A model generated the notes under the pieces. It did not search any database. It saw only the letters and a list, made by a program, of their open reading frames with translations, and had not been told where the DNA came from. Position numbers and translations under genes: made by a program. A DNA stretch of 61,661 bases, filler included, from Anaerolineae bacterium (GTDB lineage Bacteria > Chloroflexota > Anaerolineae > Epilineales > Epilineaceae), in NCBI GenBank assembly GCA_029262755.1. It is 4 parts of 4 records of this genome, joined end to end, with 100 filler letters (N's around TTAATTAATTAA, not from the genome) between each part and the next. Parts side by side here need not be neighbours in the genome. Positions count along the whole stretch, not along the records: positions 16,233 to 37,341 come from JAJCYU010000385.1; 3 more parts are not named here. One strand, written 5' to 3'. This document shows positions 18,068-27,664 of this stretch, one piece after another (positions within the stretch are counted from its first letter, which is position 1; the number at the start of each line of letters is the position of its first letter).

Positions 18068-19426
18068 ATGAACCAGAACGTGACCCGATCCACCAACGGA
18101 ATCAGCCGCCGTAAGGCACTCCGCTCCACCACGCTCGCCGCCGCCGGCGCGCTGCCGCGGTGGATGCCGCGCCTCGCCTTTCGGCAGGCCGGCCAGCCGG
18201 CACGCGGCGATATCTTGGTCCACATCTTCCAGCGCGGTGGCATGGACGGCCTCTCCGCGGTGGTGCCGTATCAGGAGCGGGCTTACTACGATGAGCGCCC
18301 GAAGCTGGCCTTTCCCGCACCCGGCAGCGGCAAACAGGACCAGGCTCTGCGGCTCGACGATCAATTCGGGCTCTCACCGGCGTGGTCCGGGCTGAAGGAG
18401 ATCTGGGACGACGGACAGCTTGCCGTGGTGCACGCGGTCGGGGCGCCGCACGGCGTGCGCAGCCACTTCGAGGCGATGGGCCTCATGGAGCGCGGCGCCT
18501 TGGGCGCGGACCGTGTCAATACCGGTTGGCTGGCACGCCACCTGGCCTCGACGGCGCAGGCCGACGACTCACCCTTCCGCGCGGTCGGCTTCGGCAGCGG
18601 CCTCCCGATGAGCCTACGCGGCCCCGTGCCGGCCGCCTCGCTGCGTTCGATCGCCGACTTCCACCTGCAGGGCAACGCCAACGAGCTGGCCCGCTTCCAG
18701 GCTGAGCTCCAAGCCCTCTATTGCGGCGACGAGTGGTTGAGCGACGACGTGCGCGACACCATGGATGCCATGGACCTGCTGGCCCAGAACGACCCGCTCG
18801 GCTACCAGCCGGAGCACGGGGCGCAGTATCCGGACAACGCCTTGGGTCAGGGGCTCAAGCAGATCGCACAGTTGATCAAGGCCGATGTCGGCCTCGAGGT
18901 GGCGTGCATCGACAGTGGTGGCTGGGACACGCACGTCAGCCAGGTCTGGACCAACGGCAGCAACCCGGCGCACGGCCGCATGCACAACCTGATGCGCGGG
19001 CTGGACGAAGCGATCCGCGCCTTCTGGACCGACCTCGGCAACCGCGTGACCGACCCCGGCGTCACGTTGGTGACCATGAGCGAGTTCGGGCGGCGAGTGG
19101 CGCAGAACTCCGGCAACGGAACCGACCACGGCCAGGGCAGCAGCATGTTCATCGCAAGCGGCGCTGCGGTCGCGGGCGTCCACGGCGATTGGCCCGGTCT
19201 CGAAAAGGAGAACCTGGCCGACGGCGAGGATCTGGCGATCACCACCGACTACCGCGATATCCTCTCGGAGCTACTCGTACGGCGTATGGGCAACGGCCGG
19301 TTGTACGAGGTCTTCCCCGGCCACGATCCGAGCTTCCGCGGCGTCGTGCGCGCTCGCGCCGACGCGCCGCCGCCTGCCGTGGAGCCGGACAAGCTCTACC
19401 TACCGCAGGTGGTGGTGGACGCCTGA
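18068..19426 (+). CDS. DUF1501-family protein with Tat-like signal and C-terminal LYLP tag
   Basis: 'FQRGGMDGL', 'RSHFEAM', 'GGWDTH', 'MSEFGRRVAQN..GTDHG', 'TTDYRD'; start ATG 18068 directly after DUF1800, the usual partner. Confidence 0.92.
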   Translation: MNQNVTRSTNGISRRKALRSTTLAAAGALPRWMPRLAFRQAGQPARGDILVHIFQRGGMDGLSAVVPYQERAYYDERPKLAFPAPGSGKQDQALRLDDQFGLSPAWSGLKEIWDDGQLAVVHAVGAPHGVRSHFEAMGLMERGALGADRVNTGWLARHLASTAQADDSPFRAVGFGSGLPMSLRGPVPAASLRSIADFHLQGNANELARFQAELQALYCGDEWLSDDVRDTMDAMDLLAQNDPLGYQPEHGAQYPDNALGQGLKQIAQLIKADVGLEVACIDSGGWDTHVSQVWTNGSNPAHGRMHNLMRGLDEAIRAFWTDLGNRVTDPGVTLVTMSEFGRRVAQNSGNGTDHGQGSSMFIASGAAVAGVHGDWPGLEKENLADGEDLAITTDYRDILSELLVRRMGNGRLYEVFPGHDPSFRGVVRARADAPPPAVEPDKLYLPQVVVDA

Positions 19427-19475
19427 ACGTAGACGCCTAGACAGAGCACCGAACGCAGTCCAATCGCCGATCGCG

Positions 19476-20126
19476 CTACGCGGACTCCGCGTCGCCGAGG
19501 TCGACCAGCCCCTCGCGCACCGCATGCAGTGCGGCCTGTGTGCGGCTCGCGACGCCGAGCTTGGCGAGCACGTGGCTGACGTGCGTCTTGACCGTCTTCT
19601 CCGTGATGCCGAGCTCCTGCGCGATATGGCGATTGGAACCACCCCGCGCCAGCCGGTCCAACACCTGGCTCTCGCGATCGGTCAGTGCCTCGACGCCGTC
19701 CGGTGGGCGGACGAGCCGTACGAGGCGCGCCGCAGCATCGGGCGAGAGCTGGACCTGACCGTTCGCTGCTGCGCGCAGCGTCGTGCGTAGCGCGTCGAGC
19801 CCATCGCTGCGGTGCACGAAGGCCAGCGCCCCGGCGCGGATCGCCGCGACGGCCTGCCCGTCGCCGCGCGATCCGGCCAGCGCGACGACCTCGGACGCGG
19901 GATGGCGGGCGCGCAATGCGGCAAGGGCGGGCAGTCGGTCCGCGCTGCCGACGAGGTCGAGCAGGATCACGTCGGGCGCAGCGCCCGGATGCGCCTTGAT
20001 GGCGTCTAGCGCGCCATCGCCGTCCACCGAAGCGATGATCTCAAGATCGTCGTCGGTGCACAGTGTCTCGGCGAGGGCTTCACGCAACAGGCGGCTGTCG
20101 CTTGCGAGCAGCAATCGGAGGGTCAT
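19476..20126 (-). CDS. NarL/LuxR-family response regulator with degenerate receiver domain
   Basis: HTH 'LTDRESQVL..LARGGSNRHIAQELGITEKTVKTHVSHVLAKLGV.SRTQAAL'; GGAG RBS before ATG 20126. Confidence 0.9.
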   Translation of the reverse strand: MTLRLLLASDSRLLREALAETLCTDDDLEIIASVDGDGALDAIKAHPGAAPDVILLDLVGSADRLPALAALRARHPASEVVALAGSRGDGQAVAAIRAGALAFVHRSDGLDALRTTLRAAANGQVQLSPDAAARLVRLVRPPDGVEALTDRESQVLDRLARGGSNRHIAQELGITEKTVKTHVSHVLAKLGVASRTQAALHAVREGLVDLGDAESA

Positions 20127-20379
20127 CGATTCGTCTCCGTGGGAAGCCTCATTGTAGGTGCGACCGCGTAGGCGCGGCAGCATCCCAGTGCGCGATCCAT
20201 CTACGACTTTCGTCCCATACGAGGATCCTGCGCGCGCCTGACGCAAGCACAACGGCGAATTCGTATTCTGGTGGACTCGACTCCTACGCGAACGATCCTA
20301 CCGGCGCGTCCACGATTCCTATCGCGGCGCATCCTACCGCGGCGCACCGGCCAAGCAGTTTCGGAGGTTCTGATCCTTC

Positions 20380-22434
20380 ATGCATAGCACCCTGCCACAC
20401 CCGATGCCGGTCGGCGGACGCCCACCGCGTTCGTTTCGCCCCCGTCGCCCCTCGTCGCTGATCCTAATTCTGGCCGCCGGCGCGCTGCTCTTCGGCGCGA
20501 TGCTGGTGGCCGGATTGTTCATCGCCCGCGGCCTCCGTTCGAATGGTGAGCCCGCCATGGAGCCCGCTCCCGTCAACGCAGGGGCGCCGATCGTCGCCGC
20601 GCCGGTGCAGATTCTGGATGAGGAACCGGATCCGACGCCGACGAGCACAGCGATACCCACGTCCGCCGCAACGGATGTGCCGGACGTCGTGCTGGAACCG
20701 AAGCCCGAGCGCGTCCCGCCGCGGGTGCCGAGCACGACGACCGGCAGCCCCGCGAAGCCCGTTGATGCACCGCTGCCCGTCAGCGGAAACGAGGCCCGGG
20801 TGACCATCGATCTTCTCAACGTCCGATCCGGGCCCGGATTTGCGTACGGTGTGCAGGGGCTCGCCCGACTCGGCGATCGGCTGAGTGTGCTCGGCGGCGA
20901 TGCGGACGGCTCCTGGCTGCAGGTGCGCCGCGCGGACGGTAGCATCGGCTGGGTCGCCCGCAGCTATACGGATTACGTGGCCGTTGCGCCGGTCGTCGCC
21001 TGGGCGCCGCCGGTCGCGGCCGCCCCGCCGACGCGCGTCGCCCCCGCGCCGGCGCCCGCCGGGGGGGAGAGCCGCTGGCACGGCGTCTACATGGACGACG
21101 CGGGCCGCACGTTGATGGAGCGCCAGGACAGCCGGATCGCGTTCAACTGGCGCGACAAGGCGCCCGCGCCCGGGCTGCCTTCGGACAACTTCAAGATCTC
21201 CTGGACGCGCCGCCTGGCGCTCGCATCGGGCACGTGGCGCGTGCACGTGCGCTTCGACGACGGCATGCGCTTGCGCGTCAACGGCCGCACGGTTCTCGAA
21301 GAGTGGCGGGACGGCCCCGTCCGCGAAGCGACCGTCGATCTGCCGCTGACCGCGGGCGTACATCTCTTCGAGCTCGACTACTACGAGCACGGCGGCAATG
21401 CGCTCGTGGAACTCGACTGGGAGCGTGTCGATGTCCCCTCGGCTTGGGAGGCCTCGTACTGGCCGAACCCGACGTTCAACGGCCGCCCGACCTTGGTGCG
21501 CGGCGAGGACGCGATCGATCACGATTGGCGTGACGGATCGCCGGCCGCGGGTCTGCCGGCTGATCGCTTCTCGGCGCGCTGGACGCGTCGCTTCGACCTG
21601 GCGGAAGGCACCTGGCGCGTGCGCGCGATCGTAGATGACGCGGTGCGGGTCAAGATCGACGGCCGCGTCGTGCTGGACGCCTGGAACGAGGGCCCGCAGC
21701 GCGAGCGCAGCATCGATGTCACCCTGAAGCGCGGCATGCACGACGTCGTCGTCGAGTACTACGAAGCGGGTGGTCAGGCGCGGGTGAAGGTCTGGCTCGA
21801 GCGCATCGAGGGTTACGGCGGCTGGCGCGGCGAGTACTTCGCCGGCGACCGTGTCTCGGGCACCCCCGTGCTCGTGCGCGACGACGCCAAGATCGACTTC
21901 GATTGGGGCCGCGGTTCGCCCTCTGCCGACATCCCCGCGGACCGCTTCGCGGTGCGTTGGACGCGTACCCAGGACTTCAAGCGCGGCACCTGGCGCTTTG
22001 AAGCCCGGATGGACGATGGTGTGCGCGTCAAGGTCGACGGCCGCACCGTGCTCAACGCCTGGCGCGATAACGACGGCCGCACGGAAACCGCGGACGTCAA
22101 GCTCAACGGGCGTCACGAGATCGTCGTGGAGTACTATCAGCGCGGCGGTCGCGCGATGGCCAAGCTACGCTGGGAGCGCGTGAACGACGCCCAGCCGACC
22201 GCGACCGACCGGCCGAGCGACCCGCCGACCGTGGCGCCGCCGACCGCCGTACCGCCGACCGCAGTACCGCCCACGGTGATCCCACCGACCGCAGTCCCGC
22301 CGACCGCTGTACCGCCGACGGTCACCCCGGTCCCGCCGACGACGGAGCCGCCGACCGCGGAACCGCCGACGTCCGAACCGCCGACGTCCGAGCCCCCGAC
22401 GACGGAGCCGCCGACCGCGGAGCCTCAGCCTTAG
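20380..22434 (+). CDS. Membrane-anchored SH3b + three PA14-domain protein with Pro/Thr-rich tail
   Basis: N-terminal TM; 'LNVRSGPG..GWV' SH3b; three 'F..RWT..GTWR...DDG.R..V.GR.VL..W...VEYY..GG.A' PA14 units. Confidence 0.9.
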   Translation: MHSTLPHPMPVGGRPPRSFRPRRPSSLILILAAGALLFGAMLVAGLFIARGLRSNGEPAMEPAPVNAGAPIVAAPVQILDEEPDPTPTSTAIPTSAATDVPDVVLEPKPERVPPRVPSTTTGSPAKPVDAPLPVSGNEARVTIDLLNVRSGPGFAYGVQGLARLGDRLSVLGGDADGSWLQVRRADGSIGWVARSYTDYVAVAPVVAWAPPVAAAPPTRVAPAPAPAGGESRWHGVYMDDAGRTLMERQDSRIAFNWRDKAPAPGLPSDNFKISWTRRLALASGTWRVHVRFDDGMRLRVNGRTVLEEWRDGPVREATVDLPLTAGVHLFELDYYEHGGNALVELDWERVDVPSAWEASYWPNPTFNGRPTLVRGEDAIDHDWRDGSPAAGLPADRFSARWTRRFDLAEGTWRVRAIVDDAVRVKIDGRVVLDAWNEGPQRERSIDVTLKRGMHDVVVEYYEAGGQARVKVWLERIEGYGGWRGEYFAGDRVSGTPVLVRDDAKIDFDWGRGSPSADIPADRFAVRWTRTQDFKRGTWRFEARMDDGVRVKVDGRTVLNAWRDNDGRTETADVKLNGRHEIVVEYYQRGGRAMAKLRWERVNDAQPTATDRPSDPPTVAPPTAVPPTAVPPTVIPPTAVPPTAVPPTVTPVPPTTEPPTAEPPTSEPPTSEPPTTEPPTAEPQP
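22224..22425 (+). repeat. 15-bp degenerate tandem repeat encoding PPTAV/PPTSE
   Basis: About a dozen ccg-ccg-acN units at the 3' end of the PA14 gene. Confidence 0.8.
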
Positions 22435-22541
22435 CTTCGATATAGCCGTAGCTACGGCACTGCCGTAGCTTCGACACAGCGTCCGCGGCCCAGCGGCTAA
22501 GGGCTACGCACGACATCAACATCGTCATGTTCTTCCGGCAA

Positions 22542-22585
22542 CAAGAACGAGGGGCGGCTCGCAGTGGAGCCGCCCCTCGTTCTTG
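22542..22585. terminator. Bidirectional hairpin terminator
   Basis: Perfect 19-bp stem caagaacgaggggcggctc / gagccgcccctcgttcttg with 6-nt loop, between convergent genes. Confidence 0.85.
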
Positions 22586-22724
22586 GTATCCCTCTGCCGC
22601 CCGCGGTCCGTCACCCTTCGGCCTTCCCCCGCACCGAGAGGTGATGGGTGTGCCGGGACCGCAGTCGTCGAATGTATCGAATCGAGTACTCCGTCAAGCC
22701 TGCAGGTGCGGGCTGAATGTCGGT

Positions 22725-24905
22725 CTAGCTGCCGTCAAAGGTGTTCGGTGCCAGCACCGGGACGGGGCAGTTGACCACGAAGCCCTGTGGGTCCGTGTTG
22801 GGCGTACCGGCCCATTCCTTCACGTCGCCGGCCTCGATGGCGGCGGCCACTTCGGCGCCCGTGCTAAGCACACGCGGCTCGACCCCATCTTCCCAGGTGA
22901 GCGTGAAGTGGTTCCAGAAGGGTGACCAGCCGGGCTCGCCGGCCTTGTTGCGGAACACGGCGGGCTGGAAGCCCATCACGCCACTGCCCTCGATGCCGTT
23001 GCCGAAGACCCAGATGTTGTCCACGGCGCCGGCATCCACGAGGTTGCCGGTGCCGGTGGAGGCGGCGATGTTCATCATGTCGGTGGCCATCGCGCCGGCC
23101 GAACTGTCCGTGACGATGTAGCGTGCGCCCGAATAGCACTCGTGCAGCTTGAATCGGACCATCTCCGCGTCGTAGTCGAGCGAGAGGATCTGGCCCGTGC
23201 CGAGGTAGCTGTCCAATGCATCGTCCACGGGCAGCATGCCGCCCGGCCACGACACGACCGGGTAGTTCACCACGAGGTTGCCCTCGCCGATCGTCACGTC
23301 GCCCGCCTCCGCGGCGGCCTCGATGTCGGCCGCGCTCTCGAGCAATGTTGCGTCACCGTCGAAGGCGACGCTGCGCACGTGCCACGCTGAGCTGAAGCCG
23401 TCCTCGGCCGGCGAACTGCTCATGACGGGCATCTGGCCGTCGGTGCCGTTCTCAAAGACGTAGAGCGATGACGTCGCGCCGTCGACCGCCGTGGCGGCGG
23501 CCAGCAGCGGTACGTGCACGAGGCCGTTGGCCTCGGCGAAGGCCTTGTCCGACGCATCCGTGCGGATGTAGTGGATCGGCTCGCCGTCGTAGCGACCCTC
23601 GTGCAGCTTGAACTCGACCCAGCCGAAGGAGCCGGTGTCGGCCCACTCGTCGGAGGGCTCGAGGGAATAGTCCAGCACGTCGCCGACGATTACCTCGGCG
23701 CCGTCGTCCTTGTCGAGCATCGCGGGTGCGGCGGCTTCGGCCGGTTCGTAGGTGTTCTCGGCGAGGATCGGCACGGGGCAGTTGACGACGAAGCCCTGCG
23801 GGTCCGTGTTGGGCGTACCGGCCCATTCCTTGACGTCGCCGGCCTCGATGGCGGCGGCCACTTCGGCACCGGTGCTGAGCACGCGCGGCTCAACGCCGTC
23901 CGCCCATGTGAGCGTGAAGTGGTTCCAGAAAGGCGACCAGCCGGGCTCGCCGGCCTTGTTGCGGAACACGGCAGGCTGGAAGCCCATCACGCCGCTGCCC
24001 TCGAGCCCGTTGCCGAAGACCCAAATGTTGTCCGTGGCGCCGGCATCCACGAGGTTACCTGTGCCGGTGGAGGCGGCGATGTTCATCATGTCGGTGGCCA
24101 TCGCGCCGGCCGAGCTATCCGTGACGATGTAGCGCGCGCCCGAGTAGCACTCGTGCAGCTTGAACGTGACGGAACCGCCTTCCTCGTCGAGCGCGATGAG
24201 CTGGCCCGTGCCGAAATAGCTGTCGAGGGCGTCGTCTACGGGAAGTTGACCGCCCGGCCACTTCACGACCGGGTAGTTGACCACGAGGTTGCCCTCGTCG
24301 AGCGACGCGTCGCCCGCCTCGACGGCGGCCTCGATGTCGGCCGCGCTCTCGAGCAGGGTGGCGTCGCCGTCGAAGGAGACGGTGCGCACGTGCCATGCCG
24401 AGCTAAATCCGTCCTCGGCCGGCGAACTGCTCATCACGGGCATCTGCCCGTCCGCGCCGTCGTCGAATACGTAGAGCGATGCCGTCGCGCCGTCGACAGC
24501 CGTGGCGGCCGCGAGCAGCGGCACATGCACGAGGCCGTTGGCCTCCGCGAAGTCCTTATCCGAAGCATCCGTGCGGATGTAGTGGATCGGCTCGCCGTCG
24601 TAGCGACCTTCGTGCAGCTTGAACTCGACCCAGCCGAAGGAGCCGGTGTCAGCCCAGTCGTCGGAGGGCTCGAGCGAATAGTCGAGCACGTCGCCGACGA
24701 TCACTTCGGCGCCGTCGTCCTTGTCCAACATCTCGACGGCTTCCATGATCTCTTCTGCAACGTCTTCGGCCTTGTCCGCGGCCGTATCGACCGCTTCCTC
24801 GACGTTGGTGGCCACGTCATCGACGACCTCTGGGGGCTGGGTGCAGCCGATGAGCAGGGCCGGCGCCGCGAACAACAGCACCATCAATCCCTTCCAATTC
24901 TTCAC
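22725..24905 (-). CDS. Lipoprotein of two near-identical ~337-aa repeats, function unknown
   Basis: GTG start after GAGGAG; lipobox 'LIGC'; 'MLDKDDGAEVIVGD...NCPVP' occurs twice, 1011 bp apart. Confidence 0.85.
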   Translation of the reverse strand: MKNWKGLMVLLFAAPALLIGCTQPPEVVDDVATNVEEAVDTAADKAEDVAEEIMEAVEMLDKDDGAEVIVGDVLDYSLEPSDDWADTGSFGWVEFKLHEGRYDGEPIHYIRTDASDKDFAEANGLVHVPLLAAATAVDGATASLYVFDDGADGQMPVMSSSPAEDGFSSAWHVRTVSFDGDATLLESAADIEAAVEAGDASLDEGNLVVNYPVVKWPGGQLPVDDALDSYFGTGQLIALDEEGGSVTFKLHECYSGARYIVTDSSAGAMATDMMNIAASTGTGNLVDAGATDNIWVFGNGLEGSGVMGFQPAVFRNKAGEPGWSPFWNHFTLTWADGVEPRVLSTGAEVAAAIEAGDVKEWAGTPNTDPQGFVVNCPVPILAENTYEPAEAAAPAMLDKDDGAEVIVGDVLDYSLEPSDEWADTGSFGWVEFKLHEGRYDGEPIHYIRTDASDKAFAEANGLVHVPLLAAATAVDGATSSLYVFENGTDGQMPVMSSSPAEDGFSSAWHVRSVAFDGDATLLESAADIEAAAEAGDVTIGEGNLVVNYPVVSWPGGMLPVDDALDSYLGTGQILSLDYDAEMVRFKLHECYSGARYIVTDSSAGAMATDMMNIAASTGTGNLVDAGAVDNIWVFGNGIEGSGVMGFQPAVFRNKAGEPGWSPFWNHFTLTWEDGVEPRVLSTGAEVAAAIEAGDVKEWAGTPNTDPQGFVVNCPVPVLAPNTFDGS

Positions 24906-25219
24906 GTTGTCTCTCCTCGTTGTCGGGTGGGGAGGGCTTTCGAGCGGGGACGTAGAACGCCGCCCGGCCCCCAACACATGCCCAAAACACCCGTGCCCAC
25001 CCGACTTACGGATGGATTCCCTTACACGGCGCCGTTGGTCGTCCAAGCGCGGCGACACTACCCTGGGCATCATGCGGCGCCCGGCGATGGGCGCGACCGT
25101 CGCCGAACGCGTGCGTAGAGGGGCCACTGCGCGGTCCGGACTCCAAGTTCATGCGGCTCTGCGCGAAGCTCGAATGCATACGGCCCGTCTATGTACGGCG
25201 CGTCTCAGGGGAGGAAACG

Positions 25220-25894
25220 TTGAGCGAGGACACGGAAATCGAAGCGCCGAAGCCCGAAGAGGCGGGGCCTGAGCACGCCGGCCACGCGCTCGATGCCGAC
25301 GTGGAATCCGGTCGTGTTGTGGACGCACCGCCGCCGGACGCGGACGCTCCAGGCTCGATCGCGCAAAATCCGTTCGAAGGTCCGCCGGGCGATGGCGTGC
25401 GGCGCCACCCGGATCTGCGCTATGTGCGCCTCGAGCGTTGGACGGGCCAGCTCGGCAACCTCGCGGTCCTCGTTCCCCTTCTCGTCGGCGTCGGCGTGCT
25501 CTACGCCCTCACCGTCTTCGGCCCGAAGATTCCCGTGCTCGCATGGCGCATCCCGGCCTTGATCTGGATTGTGCTAGCCCCGGTGTTGGTCGCGTTCGCC
25601 GACCGCTGGCCGGCCATCGTCCATGAGCACATGAGTTGGTCGCTCGACGCGCGCGGTCTCGACGTACGTCGCGGCGTCCTCTGGCGCGAGGAGATCGCCG
25701 TGCCGAGCTCGCGCATCCAACACACCGACGTCAAGCAAGGGCCGCTCGAACGCCGACTGGGGCTCGCGACGCTCGTCGTGCATACGGCCGGCACCCGGCA
25801 TGCCGCCGTCGCGGTGCCCGGCCTGGCCGTCGAGGACGCGCGCGCGATTCGCGATTACCTCGGCCGGGCGGTCGACGAGGACGACGCGGTCTGA
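25220..25894 (+). CDS. YdbS-like membrane protein with bacterial PH domain
   Basis: Two TM helices then 'RIQHTDVKQGPLERRLGLATLVVHTAG'; TTG start after GGAGG. Confidence 0.85.
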   Translation: MSEDTEIEAPKPEEAGPEHAGHALDADVESGRVVDAPPPDADAPGSIAQNPFEGPPGDGVRRHPDLRYVRLERWTGQLGNLAVLVPLLVGVGVLYALTVFGPKIPVLAWRIPALIWIVLAPVLVAFADRWPAIVHEHMSWSLDARGLDVRRGVLWREEIAVPSSRIQHTDVKQGPLERRLGLATLVVHTAGTRHAAVAVPGLAVEDARAIRDYLGRAVDEDDAV

Positions 25895-27519
25895 ACGCGT
25901 CCGGCGCGCGGCGCGAGAAGCCGCTCGATGAGACGGGCCTGCGTAGGCAGCATCCCGTCTCCCCGTTGTTCCGCGCCCTCTCCGTAGCAAGGTCCATGGT
26001 CCTGCCACTCGTGGCCGTCTTCTTCTTTTCGGGAGGGGGCATCGGCGGATTTCCGCTGCTCATCGTGCTTCCGGTCATCGGCTTCGCGCTGCTCACCGGT
26101 TTCACGACGTGGTACAGCGTGCGCTACCGGGTGGACGATGATGAGTTGGTGTTCGTCCGCGGCATCCTCTCGCGCGACGTGCGGCGCGTACCCCTTTCGC
26201 GCATCCACAACGTCGCCGTCACGCAGAACGTGCTGCACCGGATGCTGGATGTGGCCGTCGCGCGGATCGAGACGGCGGGCGGCGAAGGCGCGGAAGCCGA
26301 GCTGAACGTCGTCGCGATGTCCGAGGTCGAGCGGCTTCGGGGCCGGATCTTCGCTCGAAGAGCGGAGCCGACGGGTGAGGACCGCTCGGAAGAAGGCGCC
26401 GGCGCGAACCTGGACCCGTCCGGCTCGGGCCGTGGCGCCTGGGACGAGGCGGCAGCGCCACCGACCGAATTGGTCGGCGTACCGATACAGGACTTAGTGA
26501 TCTACGGTCTGACCCGCAATCGGAGTGGCAAGATCCTGGCTGCCTTGTTCGGTCTCAGCTGGGAGCTCACCCAATTCGGCGACACCGGTTGGCGGAGCCT
26601 TATCAGGTTCTGGCCCTTTCTCGATCCCGCATGGTTCGATCTCGATGCCGGTTCCGCTGGGCTCGGCACGGGCCTTTCGGCTTGGCTCGCGCCGGCTCGT
26701 TTCGCCGTGGCCGCCGGCACGATGATCGTGTTGCTCCTCCTGCTCAACGTCGTGTCCGTGGTGTGGGCCGTCGTGCAGCTCTACGGCTTTCGGTTGACGC
26801 GCAGGTACGATGATCTGCGTTCATCCTTCGGCATGCTGACCCGGCATACGGCCACCATCCCGCGCCGACGTATCCAGAGCGTGGCGGTCCAACGGGGCTG
26901 GCTCTATCGCCGCCTCGGGCGCGCATCGCTGAGCGTCGAAACGGCAGGGAGCGACGCGTCGAGCAATGCCGTGGCGCAGCGCATGTGGCTCAGCCCCGTT
27001 TCCGCCGATCCCACGGTTGCGCCGCTGCTGGAGCAAGCGCAACCGGGAATGCCCGATCCTTCCACCATCGACTGGCAGCCGGTCTCCCCGCGAGCAAGGC
27101 GACGCATCACGCGTCGCCGCCTCTATGTGCTGCCGTTCGTGCTCGCCGCGCTGGCGGCGCTGCCCTTCGTGCGCGGCTGGGCGCTGTTGGCCGTGCCGCC
27201 CTACGTGGCCCTGGCTTGGTGGGAGGCGGGACGCCGCGCGGCCGGGCTCGGCTGGGCTGTCGACGAGTGGGGCTTGTGGCTGCGACGTGGTTGGTGGACC
27301 CACACGATGGCCGTAGTCCGCCCCGCCAAGCTGCAGAACGTGTCGCTGATCGCGTCGCCCTTCGACCGTCGGGCAAACATGGCCACACTCGTCGTGGACA
27401 CCGCCGGTCACCACGATCCCACGCATCGGCTGGTCCTCCCCTATCTGCCGGCCGCCCAGGCCGAGGCGCTGCGCGACGGTTTGCTCAGGCGCGCCGCCCA
27501 AACGACGTTCCGGTGGTAG
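25891..27519 (+). CDS. YdbT-like membrane protein with three bacterial PH domains
   Basis: 'RRQHPVS' N-terminal motif; three 'RI(H/Q).V...R..G.A...ETAG'-type units; start uncertain (CTG 25891 proposed). Confidence 0.85.
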   Translation: MNASGARREKPLDETGLRRQHPVSPLFRALSVARSMVLPLVAVFFFSGGGIGGFPLLIVLPVIGFALLTGFTTWYSVRYRVDDDELVFVRGILSRDVRRVPLSRIHNVAVTQNVLHRMLDVAVARIETAGGEGAEAELNVVAMSEVERLRGRIFARRAEPTGEDRSEEGAGANLDPSGSGRGAWDEAAAPPTELVGVPIQDLVIYGLTRNRSGKILAALFGLSWELTQFGDTGWRSLIRFWPFLDPAWFDLDAGSAGLGTGLSAWLAPARFAVAAGTMIVLLLLLNVVSVVWAVVQLYGFRLTRRYDDLRSSFGMLTRHTATIPRRRIQSVAVQRGWLYRRLGRASLSVETAGSDASSNAVAQRMWLSPVSADPTVAPLLEQAQPGMPDPSTIDWQPVSPRARRRITRRRLYVLPFVLAALAALPFVRGWALLAVPPYVALAWWEAGRRAAGLGWAVDEWGLWLRRGWWTHTMAVVRPAKLQNVSLIASPFDRRANMATLVVDTAGHHDPTHRLVLPYLPAAQAEALRDGLLRRAAQTTFRW

Positions 27520-27664
27520 TCGCTCGCACGCGTACGCCCGTTGCCGGACCCGAGCATCGTGGCGCGTGGATCTGGAACCGGCGACGCGCCGGATTCGTTG
27601 AGAGGCGTCTTCGTTCACACGCCATCCGCGTGTTCCGGCACGTCCGTCCCAGAGAGGTCGCTCC

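Noticed and set aside
16388..19426. 1012-aa ORF suggesting a fusion or overlapping gene
   Set aside because: The first 560 aa are an Arg-rich shadow frame of DUF1800; the real DUF1501 starts at 18068 with its own RBS.
20250..20290. GACTCCTAC resembling the 3' end of a fluoride riboswitch
   Set aside because: Lacks the upstream GATGGAGT pseudoknot partner and a relevant downstream gene.
23514..25118. Long antisense or shadow ORFs (also 1-882, 5519-7210, 20464-22116, 30001-31575, 37386-39506, 52809-54446)
   Set aside because: Expected in high-GC DNA opposite or overlapping well-supported genes; no recognisable motifs.
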